From Polyangiales bacterium (GTDB lineage: Bacteria > Myxococcota_A > Polyangia > Polyangiales > JADJQN01): a stretch of 64,000 bases of DNA. This document shows, in pieces, positions 56,464-64,000 of this stretch. The notes beneath the pieces were generated by a model. The model was not told the origin of the DNA. It saw only the letters and a list, made by a program, of their open reading frames with translations, and ran no database searches. A program made the translations under genes and the position numbers. The stretch covers positions 64,001-128,000 of the forward strand of contig CAXNJO010000004.1 of NCBI GenBank assembly GCA_964202905.1, in the 5' to 3' direction. Positions within the stretch are counted from its first letter, which is position 1, and each line of letters starts with the position of its first letter.

Positions 56464-58962
56464 TCACGGCGCGGCAGCGCCCGGGGCCGCAGGGGGCGTC
56501 TCGCCGCAGGTGCGCGTCGGGCGTTCCCGGAGGCGTCGTGCCGCAGCGCGGAGGGCCTCCGAGGACGCGCTGCGCTCGGCCATCTGCCGCGCTTCGTCGC
56601 CGAGTGCCCCGCCGACCGTGACCGCCGTCTCGAGAGCGAGCGCCGCGAGCTCCGCGTCGGGCGCCCACGCGTCGTCGCGGAGGCCCCTTCGGAGGACCGC
56701 AATGACGGCCTCCCGCGCGTCCTGCGCGCAGCGCTCCCGCGCGAGGGCCAGGCCCGATTCGATCACGACCGGCCACTCGTCGTCGTCCTGCAGGCGGGCG
56801 GCCACCAGCGGCCAGGCCCCCCGATCGCCGGCCTGTGTGACCGCGCCGACGGCCGCGGCGCGCACGCTCTCCCGCGGGTCCGAGAGGGCCGCGCGGATCG
56901 CGGGCCGCGCCTCCGGGTGCTGCGCGAGCTGCCGAACGGCCTCGGCGCGAACGAGCGGCCACGCGTCATCGCGTGCCACGCGAGCGATGGCCTCGACGTC
57001 GACGCGTGACGCGCCGAGCGCGCGCACCGCGGCGACGCGCACGCGCGGGTAGGCGTCGGCGAGGGCGACACGCGCCAACGGCGCGAGGCGCGTCGATCCG
57101 CGCGCATGCAGCGCGCCGATCGCGGCCGCGCGCAGCATCCACTCGTCCGCGCCGCGCGCCGTCGCGTCGAGCCACGCGTCGGTGTCGGGCTCGGCGGGGA
57201 GTCGCGCGGACGCGAGCGTGAGCCGGTAGCGCTCCGGGAACGGCGCGCCCGGAGCGGGCGACGCCGCAGCGAGTCGCATCGCCGTGGGTACGCCCTCCGG
57301 GGCTGCCGCGAGGCCGAGCGCCAGGGCGGCGCGCACGCCGGGAGGGCGCGTCTCGGCGGCAAGCCAACCTTCGACGGCGTCCCGCGCAGCGGCTCCTCCG
57401 ACGCGGAGCGCGCGCGCGAGCGCGTCACGCAGCGCGGGGCGCTCCGTCCCGCCCGGTGCGCCCACGGCGGCGAGGATCGCGCCCACCGCGACGGTGCCGC
57501 CCTCCGCCAGACGGCGCGCCGCCACGTCGAGCCCGGCCCCGCCCGCGGCCGTGACCTGCGCCAACCCCGAAACGCCTGCATCGCCTGCCTGCGCGAGCGC
57601 TCCGAGCGCGGCCTCGCGCACTTCGGTGTCGGTGTCGCCGGCCGCGACGACGAGCGCCGCGACCGCAGCGTCGCGCGCGGGCAGCGGACCGGCGTCACGC
57701 GTCGCCGCGCGGGCGGACGTCGCCAACACGCGGACCGCGCGCTTCCGTCCCGCAGGGCTCATCCTCGGCCAGGCTTCGACGGTCGGCGCGACGGACGCGG
57801 CCCCCACGCGCGCGAGCGCATCCGCCGCCTGCCCGGCGTCCGGACCATCCCCCACGAGCACGCGCACGAGGCGCTCGAGCCCTCCCGGAAAGTCGAGGTC
57901 GGTGTACGCCTCGAGGCCGGCCAGCGCTGTGCGGGTCTCCGCGTCCGTCGTCCCCGCGGGGAGGTGCGCGTCATCGAGCACCACCGACAGACATCCCCAC
58001 GTCAGGGGCTCGCGCGGCACGATCCAATAGCGCCGACCCGGGTGCAGCGCAGCGTCCTCGGGGAGCGTGACGTGGAACCGCGCCCCCCCGTCCCCGACGA
58101 CCCACAGCGTTCGCGGGCGTCCGAGCCGCGCGGCGATCGGCGCCTCGGGGGAGGGCGTGATCGCCAGCGCGCGCACCGCAAGCCCCGCACGCTCGAGGCG
58201 GGCGCTCACGAACTCCCCGCGCCCCGACCCGCCGCGTCCCTCTGCCCAATAGCCCGCGCCCGGGCGCTCGAGCACGCGCGGGGCGGCGAGCGCGCTCGGA
58301 TCGTCCCCGTGTCCTTCGTGGCTCGACGCGCCGCCGACGCGCAGGAGTCCGAGGATCGGCGCCCCTTCGGGCCCCGGTGAGTCGATGGTGGCGACGATCT
58401 CCTCCGCGGCGCTGTTCCCCGAGAACCGCGCGATCGTCACCGGACGAAGCGTCTGCGTGCGTGGATCGAACGCCCGCGCGCCGAGGATCGTGCGCTCTGC
58501 GCCGCAGATGCGCGCCGCCTCCGCGATCGTGCCGACGACGATGTCCGCGATCCCGTCTCCGGTGCGGTCCGCGACTTCGATCCACCCAGCGGACCGCTCC
58601 CCCGGATCGCCGTGGAGATCCGTCCGCCCGCTCCACAGCAGTTCCGGGCGACCAGCTGGCCGCGCGATCAGCGCCGCGACGCGCCGTGGCCCGTCGCTGA
58701 TGCGTAGGACCGCCAGCACGCCACCTCCGGCCAGGTCGAGCTCCTCCACGGTCGCGTCGCTCGCCGTCGCGAGAGGGAGCGGCGCGTCGAGGGGGCCCAC
58801 ACGCAGTCGCACGACCCCGGCGAGCGCCTCGACCCGCAACGGCAGGGCGCGCGCAGGGCGTCCGAGGCGCACGCTCCGCGTCAACGGGAGGGACTCCGCC
58901 CGTGCGCTCGGCGCGACCGTGACCACGAGCAAGAGCAGGATCGCGCAGGACAGCGTTCGCAT
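56464..58962 (-). CDS. Exported protein with beta-rich N-terminal domains and C-terminal HEAT repeats
   Basis: Signal peptide ..ARA; DRTGDGIADIVVG Ca-loop; repeated L.D....VR.AAV.AL units. Confidence 0.72.
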   Translation of the reverse strand: MRTLSCAILLLLVVTVAPSARAESLPLTRSVRLGRPARALPLRVEALAGVVRLRVGPLDAPLPLATASDATVEELDLAGGGVLAVLRISDGPRRVAALIARPAGRPELLWSGRTDLHGDPGERSAGWIEVADRTGDGIADIVVGTIAEAARICGAERTILGARAFDPRTQTLRPVTIARFSGNSAAEEIVATIDSPGPEGAPILGLLRVGGASSHEGHGDDPSALAAPRVLERPGAGYWAEGRGGSGRGEFVSARLERAGLAVRALAITPSPEAPIAARLGRPRTLWVVGDGGARFHVTLPEDAALHPGRRYWIVPREPLTWGCLSVVLDDAHLPAGTTDAETRTALAGLEAYTDLDFPGGLERLVRVLVGDGPDAGQAADALARVGAASVAPTVEAWPRMSPAGRKRAVRVLATSARAATRDAGPLPARDAAVAALVVAAGDTDTEVREAALGALAQAGDAGVSGLAQVTAAGGAGLDVAARRLAEGGTVAVGAILAAVGAPGGTERPALRDALARALRVGGAAARDAVEGWLAAETRPPGVRAALALGLAAAPEGVPTAMRLAAASPAPGAPFPERYRLTLASARLPAEPDTDAWLDATARGADEWMLRAAAIGALHARGSTRLAPLARVALADAYPRVRVAAVRALGASRVDVEAIARVARDDAWPLVRAEAVRQLAQHPEARPAIRAALSDPRESVRAAAVGAVTQAGDRGAWPLVAARLQDDDEWPVVIESGLALARERCAQDAREAVIAVLRRGLRDDAWAPDAELAALALETAVTVGGALGDEARQMAERSASSEALRAAARRLRERPTRTCGETPPAAPGAAAP

Positions 58963-59144
58963 GCGGGCGGGAGCCTCGCACGCCCCCGCGCGCGCGACCA
59001 CGGCACTTGGGCGTTGCCGACGGGCAGGCCCCCCATCGACGCCGCCGGGCGGTGTCGCCTCCCACGCAATCGACTGCGAGGTTGGATTTCTGGACAGCGC
59101 GCCGCGACGATGTGACAGGTGCGCCGCCGTCCGGCTCGAAGGGG

Positions 59145-59175
59145 TTGACAATCCACGGGCATCGGCCGATACCGC
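59145..59175 (+). promoter_or_regulatory. Candidate promoter for the sigma factor gene
   Basis: Perfect TTGACA at 59145-59150. The -10 candidates (GATACC/TACCGC) are weak. Confidence 0.4.
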
Positions 59176-59217
59176 TCCCCCCTGTCGAGAACGGTCCAAG
59201 AACCCCATCATCAGGCC

Positions 59218-61179
59218 ATGCATGTGCCGAAGGTCATCCGGGCGGCTGCCGCGAAGTCCAAGAAACCGAGCCCGCGCATGGTCGGTGCCGCGCCCGCCCC
59301 GCGCCATGCGACCAGCGGCACGCGTCGTGCTGACGCGACCACCGTGAAGAAGCCCCCAGCACGTCCGGCCGCCGGACGTACTTCCGCAGAGTCACCCCCG
59401 ATGCCCCCCGCCAACCCGAAGCCTGCGGCCCCCGGATCGAAGAACGCTCCTCGCGCGTCGCAGGGGCGGCCGCCTGCGGCCAGCACCGCGCCGGGGAAGG
59501 CCGCGCCGGGCAGCCCCGCGCCCGCGGCGAAACCAGCGCCCGCGGCGAAGACCGCGGCGGCTGCGAAGCCCCCCGCAAGCGCGGTGTCCGCGGCGGCCGC
59601 GAAGCACTCGCCCGCCGCGAAGCACTCGCCCGCTGCGAAGACCGCGCCCGTCGCCCCGGCCGCCCCCGCTCCGCCCTCTTTCGCCCGGAAGAGTTCGGGT
59701 CCCGCGCGCGCCCCGTCCCAGCGGCCGATCGTCGGGACGCGGAAGTCGCGCCCCGTCCGTCCGGTGACCGAGCCCGCGTCGACGGTCGCTGCGTCCCTCC
59801 GCGCCGGTGAAGCCATGAGCAAAAGCCCCGCCGCCGCCAAGGCGCTCGCCCCCCGACGTGCCGCCAAGCCCGAGACCGAGGAAAAAGAGGAGCGCGACGA
59901 GGACGCCGAGGATGGCTCCAACGAGAACGAGCCTTCGAAGGAAGACCTCGCCGAGGCGCAGGCCGAGGCCGAAAAGGCCCTCAAGGAGATGGAACGGCAG
60001 GGCGGTGGCGACTCCACCCTGAGCCGTTACTTCCGCGAGATGGCCGGGCACCGCGTGCTTCAACCGCACGAGGAGGTCGAGGCCGCGAAGGAGGTCGAGC
60101 GCCTGGAGATCGGCTACTGGGAGGCGCTTCTCTCCTACCCGCTCGCCCTCGAGACGGTCGCGCAGGTCCTCGACGAGCACCTCGAGGCCCCCATCGCGGA
60201 CATCGCCACGCTGCGCAAACTCGCCAAGCAGTTCAAGACCGCGGGCCCGAAGCCGCCGAAGGCGCTTCAGGAGCGCTGGGACGCCACCGTCAAGGTCGTG
60301 TCCACCCAGCTTCGGGTCGTCGATTCCGACCGCATCTTCGTCAACCAGAGCGACAAGGCCGTCCATCGGCTCGCCGGGCAGCGCTCCGAAGAGCGCGACA
60401 TCCTCGGCGAGGAGGTCCGCATGGTGCCGGCCTTCCGCAAGTTCCTCACCGAGGTCGAGAAGGCGCGCTTCGCCCAGCAGAAGTCCAAGAACCGCTTCGT
60501 CGCCGCGAACCTCCGCCTCGTCGTCAGCATCGCGCGCCGGTACAACCGCGGTCGCCTCCCGCTGATCGACCTCATCCAAGAAGGCAACATCGGCCTGATG
60601 AAGGCGGTCGAGCGCTTCGACCACAACCGCGGCTACCGGTTCTCGACGTACGCGTCCTGGTGGATCCGCCACGCGATCAGCCGCGCCCTCGCGGACAAGG
60701 GGCGCGCGGTCCGCATCCCCGTCCACATGCTCGACACGTACAACCGCGTCGCGCGCGCGACCCAGGCGATCGCCACGCGCACCGGCGCGGAGCCGTCTCC
60801 GGAGGAACTCGAGAAGGAGACCGGCATCGCCGCCGAGAAACTCGAGAAGATCAAGGGCTACTGGGCCGAGACCCCATTCTCCCTCGATCGCCCGGTCAAC
60901 GACGAAGACGGCCGCAAGTTCATCGACTTCCTCGAGCAGGAGGGCGTGCCGACGCCCTACGAGAACCTCGTCTCGCAGACTTGGAACGACGAAGTCCGCA
61001 GGCTCCTCGAGACCTTGTCCCCGATGGAGGCGCGCATCCTCCGGTGGCGTTTCGGCCTCGACGACGAGGACGAGCTCACGCTCAAGGAGATCGGCGACAA
61101 GTACAACCTCTCCCGCGAGCGCATCCGCCAGCTCCAAGAGCAGGCCCTCGCGAAGATCCGCCGTCAGATCAAGGAGTAG
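59218..61179 (+). CDS. SigA/RpoD-family sigma-70 factor (probably non-primary) with long Ala/Pro/Lys-rich N-terminus
   Basis: [54 protein letters not shown]....SRERIRQ. Start uncertain. Confidence 0.9.
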   Translation: MHVPKVIRAAAAKSKKPSPRMVGAAPAPRHATSGTRRADATTVKKPPARPAAGRTSAESPPMPPANPKPAAPGSKNAPRASQGRPPAASTAPGKAAPGSPAPAAKPAPAAKTAAAAKPPASAVSAAAAKHSPAAKHSPAAKTAPVAPAAPAPPSFARKSSGPARAPSQRPIVGTRKSRPVRPVTEPASTVAASLRAGEAMSKSPAAAKALAPRRAAKPETEEKEERDEDAEDGSNENEPSKEDLAEAQAEAEKALKEMERQGGGDSTLSRYFREMAGHRVLQPHEEVEAAKEVERLEIGYWEALLSYPLALETVAQVLDEHLEAPIADIATLRKLAKQFKTAGPKPPKALQERWDATVKVVSTQLRVVDSDRIFVNQSDKAVHRLAGQRSEERDILGEEVRMVPAFRKFLTEVEKARFAQQKSKNRFVAANLRLVVSIARRYNRGRLPLIDLIQEGNIGLMKAVERFDHNRGYRFSTYASWWIRHAISRALADKGRAVRIPVHMLDTYNRVARATQAIATRTGAEPSPEELEKETGIAAEKLEKIKGYWAETPFSLDRPVNDEDGRKFIDFLEQEGVPTPYENLVSQTWNDEVRRLLETLSPMEARILRWRFGLDDEDELTLKEIGDKYNLSRERIRQLQEQALAKIRRQIKE

Positions 61180-61233
61180 CGGCGCCGGTCGGCGGCGTGC
61201 GTCGGCGGCGTTCGTGGGACGCGAGCGTCGCCG

Positions 61234-62751
61234 TCAGTCCTCGCCCGCCTCGTCGTCCGCGGTGCCCGGCGGCCGATAGCCTGGATGGAGGTGGGCGACG
61301 AGCGCGCGAACGGTGTCATCGCAGAGCGCGCGCGCGGGCCCGTGGCGTCCACGCACACCGTTCGTGAGCACGCTGAACGCGAGCGCCTCGTCGCCCGGAC
61401 CGAGCACGTAGCCGGAGAGCGCGATCGCGTCACCGAGTGTGCCCGTCTTCGCCCGGACGACGCCGCGCGGCACGTCCCCCAAGCGTCGGGCGAGCGTGCC
61501 GTCGACGCCTGCGATCGCGAGATGCGCCAGATATTCGCTGCGCACCGCGGGGTCGCGGTAGACGTGCGCGAGGAGCTTCGTGAAGTGCGACGCAGCGACG
61601 AGGTTTCCGTCGAAGAGCCCGGAACCGTTCACGACGGTCGCGGCGCCGTGTGGGACGCCGGCCTGCTCGAGCAGCGCGCGTGCGGCGGCGGCACCCTCGG
61701 CGGTGCGGCCGGGTCGGGTCCGCTCGGCGCCGACGACCTTCAGGACCATCTCCGCGACGAAGTTGTCGGAGTCCTTCCCGAGGGCGGCGAGGATCTGCGC
61801 GAGCGGCGGGGAGCGTCGGGCGGTGAGGAGCGGCACGTCGCCGGGGGTGGGCGCGACGCGCACACGCACCGGGGCCCGGATCCCCAAGCGGCGCAGCGCC
61901 TCGACGAAGGCGTGCCCCGCGAAGGGCACGGGGTTCTCGACGCGGCGCCGGTAGGAGACGCCGCGCACGCCGAGCGGCACCGTGCCGCGCACCCGGAGCA
62001 CGAGCCGTTCGCCGCTGCCGCGCTGGTCGGCCAGCACGCGCGGCTCGCCGCCCGCCGAGGTGGTGATCTCGTTGGTGACGTCGAAGTAGCCGCTCGCGTC
62101 GAGCCGCACCACCGCGGGCGCGCCCACCGTCGGACCGGGCAAGACCCTCAGTTCGTAAGCGTTTCCATCCACGGCGAGCGCGGAGACAGGCGCGCGGAAG
62201 GCGGCGACCTCGCCGGGCTGCTGCTCGAAGGCAGGCGGGAGGAAGCGGTCGTCGAAGTACGTGCCGTCGACGACGACCTCGTCGACGCGCCGCACGCCGC
62301 GGTCCACCAGCGCCTCGCCGAGCTCGACGAGGTCCGCGATGCGGAGGGTCGGGTCCCCGCCCCCCTTGAGGAACAGCCCACCGACCACGGCGTCGCCCTC
62401 GATGCGGCCGTAAACACCCGTGAGCATTCGGAAATCGCCGCCGAGCGTCCTGAGCGCCGTCGCCGCGGTGACGAGCTTCTCGTTGGAAGCCGGGTTCAGC
62501 GGGACGTCGGCCTGGTGCGCGAAGAGCACGCGGCCGGTTCGGGCATCGCTGACGGAGACGCCGGTGCGCTCGCCGAGGTCGGCCCGCGCGACGAGTCCGG
62601 CGAGCGTGCGCGCGAGTGCGCCCGTGTCGGGCCCCCCACCGGGCGCGTCCTGCGCCGAGGACATCGAGGAGAGCGCGACCGCGACCATGCCGAGGGCGGT
62701 GAGCAGGAGGGCGGCGCGGCGGTGCGGGGCTCGGTGCGGAAAGGACGTCAT
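61234..62751 (-). CDS. dacB: D-alanyl-D-alanine carboxypeptidase/endopeptidase PBP4 (peptidase S13)
   Basis: Signal peptide; PASNEK (SxxK), GGGDPT, SDN, NGSGL, KTG. Confidence 0.92.
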   Translation of the reverse strand: MTSFPHRAPHRRAALLLTALGMVAVALSSMSSAQDAPGGGPDTGALARTLAGLVARADLGERTGVSVSDARTGRVLFAHQADVPLNPASNEKLVTAATALRTLGGDFRMLTGVYGRIEGDAVVGGLFLKGGGDPTLRIADLVELGEALVDRGVRRVDEVVVDGTYFDDRFLPPAFEQQPGEVAAFRAPVSALAVDGNAYELRVLPGPTVGAPAVVRLDASGYFDVTNEITTSAGGEPRVLADQRGSGERLVLRVRGTVPLGVRGVSYRRRVENPVPFAGHAFVEALRRLGIRAPVRVRVAPTPGDVPLLTARRSPPLAQILAALGKDSDNFVAEMVLKVVGAERTRPGRTAEGAAAARALLEQAGVPHGAATVVNGSGLFDGNLVAASHFTKLLAHVYRDPAVRSEYLAHLAIAGVDGTLARRLGDVPRGVVRAKTGTLGDAIALSGYVLGPGDEALAFSVLTNGVRGRHGPARALCDDTVRALVAHLHPGYRPPGTADDEAGED

Positions 62752-64000
62752 CGCGGGCCTGACGCTATCACGCGGCTGCGGGGCGCCATCGGGCTGCTCG
62801 GGGCGCTCCTCTCCGCCGCGCTCGCCGCGCCCGGATGCGCGCGGGGGGAGGGGGACGCGCAGGCGGCGGATGACGGGGCCCTGGTCGTCGTGCTTCCGCA
62901 GGACGTCGAGCAGCTCGACCCGCGCAAGGTCGGTGACGCCTACGGGCTCAAGGTCTCCCGCCTCGTGTTCGCGTCGCTCGTGACGGTCGATCCGCGGACG
63001 CTCGAGGTCGTGCCCGACCTCGCCGACCGCGTCGAGGTCGAGTCACCGCTCCGCTACCGCGTCACGCTGCGCGCGGGGCTGCGCTTCTCCGATGGGAGCG
63101 TGCTCGACGCCGAGGACGTGCGCGCGACCTTCCGCAGCATCGTCGATCCGGCGCTCGGCAGCCGCTTTGCGCGCAGCTACCGGCGCATCGTGCGTCTCGA
63201 GGTGCCCGACGCGCGCACGGTCATCTTCGAACTCGAGGCGCCGCATGCGACGTTCCTGACGGACCTCGAGATCCCGATCCTGCGCGCCGAGGACGCGGGC
63301 CACGTCGTCGGCGTTCTGGGCGGCGCCGAGCCGATCGGCGCGGGGCCGTTCCGCCTCGTCCGGCGCAGCCCCGGGCACCTCGAACTCGCCGCCAACCCGC
63401 GCTGGCACCGCGGCGCGCCTCGATTCCCGCGCGTGCGGATGGTCGTGGTGCGCGACGACAACACGCGCGCCCTGCGCCTGCTCGCGGGCCGTGCCGACCT
63501 CGCGCTCAACGCGGTGCCGCCGTTGCTCGTGCCGATGTTCGAGGGCGACGGCCGTTTCCGTGTGCGGACGGCCCCGGGCGTCGGAACCACCTACCTCGGC
63601 ACGAACCTCGAGGCACCTGCGCTTCGCGACGTGCGCGTGCGTCGTGCCCTCGCCCTCGCGATTGACCGTGCGCGCATCGTCCGCGCCAAACTGGGCGGGC
63701 GCGCGCGGCTCGCGAGCGGCTTCGTGCCGCCGGGCCACTGGGCGTCCGTGCCGGGGCTGCCGTCGTGGGATTTCGACCCGGTCCGCGCCCGCGCGCTGCT
63801 CGACGAAGCCGGGCTCCGCGACCCCGACGGGAGCGGCCCCGCGCCCCGGCTGCGCCTCACGCTGCGCACGAGCACGGACCGGTTCCGCCAGTCGATCGCG
63901 CGGGCAATCGCCGCGATGCTCGGTGACGTGGGCGTCGAGGTCGAGGTGCGACCGAGCGAGCTCGCGACGCTGCTCGCCGACCTCGACGCGGGGCGCTTCG
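62734..64000 (+). CDS. ABC peptide-binding lipoprotein (SBP family 5, OppA/DppA), 3' truncated by the window edge; start uncertain
   Basis: Hand translation: LLSAALAAPGC lipobox, QLDPR, VVPDLA, LR.GLRFSDG..L.AEDV..TF, IGAGPF, DVRVRRALALAIDR. Confidence 0.85.
   Translation, partial: MRKGRHRGPDAITRLRGAIGLLGALLSAALAAPGCARGEGDAQAADDGALVVVLPQDVEQLDPRKVGDAYGLKVSRLVFASLVTVDPRTLEVVPDLADRVEVESPLRYRVTLRAGLRFSDGSVLDAEDVRATFRSIVDPALGSRFARSYRRIVRLEVPDARTVIFELEAPHATFLTDLEIPILRAEDAGHVVGVLGGAEPIGAGPFRLVRRSPGHLELAANPRWHRGAPRFPRVRMVVVRDDNTRALRLLAGRADLALNAVPPLLVPMFEGDGRFRVRTAPGVGTTYLGTNLEAPALRDVRVRRALALAIDRARIVRAKLGGRARLASGFVPPGHWASVPGLPSWDFDPVRARALLDEAGLRDPDGSGPAPRLRLTLRTSTDRFRQSIARAIAAMLGDVGVEVEVRPSELATLLADLDAGRF

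Overview
Very GC-rich bacterial chromosome segment, most likely from a myxobacterium (Myxococcota, Polyangia-like). This placement is inferred from a RomR orthologue next to valS, a MYXO-CTERM-type sorting signal and many Cys-rich lipoproteins. About 45 genes. Housekeeping genes include ffh, polA (frameshifted), valS, trmB, ogt, dacB and a deoxynucleoside kinase. Signalling genes include REC-GAF-HD-GYP, 7TM-HD, a probable FHA-domain protein, RomR, an ECF sigma/anti-sigma pair and a SigA-like sigma factor. There are also two ABC systems and many envelope proteins. No rRNA, tRNA, CRISPR array or intact mobile element was seen. The standout is a 2918-aa ORF that looks like a two-in-one surface polyprotein: [signal peptide-VWA-20 Cys/Asp repeats-MYXO-CTERM] fused in frame to [lipoprotein signal-18 repeats-FGE/C-lectin-fold domain], with an intact CPBP protease gene about 2.5 kb downstream. 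Other observations: a second internal-lipobox fusion (M48 peptidase-RCC1); a czcB-czcA-czcC operon collapsed to about 1.3 kb; an unlisted 26-aa membrane peptide upstream of the ECF sigma; divergent genes sharing one CATG; a recurrent (TGn)TAnnnN box 6-10 nt before start codons, suggesting leaderless mRNAs; and several single-base indels that may be assembly errors. All product calls come from motif recognition by eye, with no database searches.
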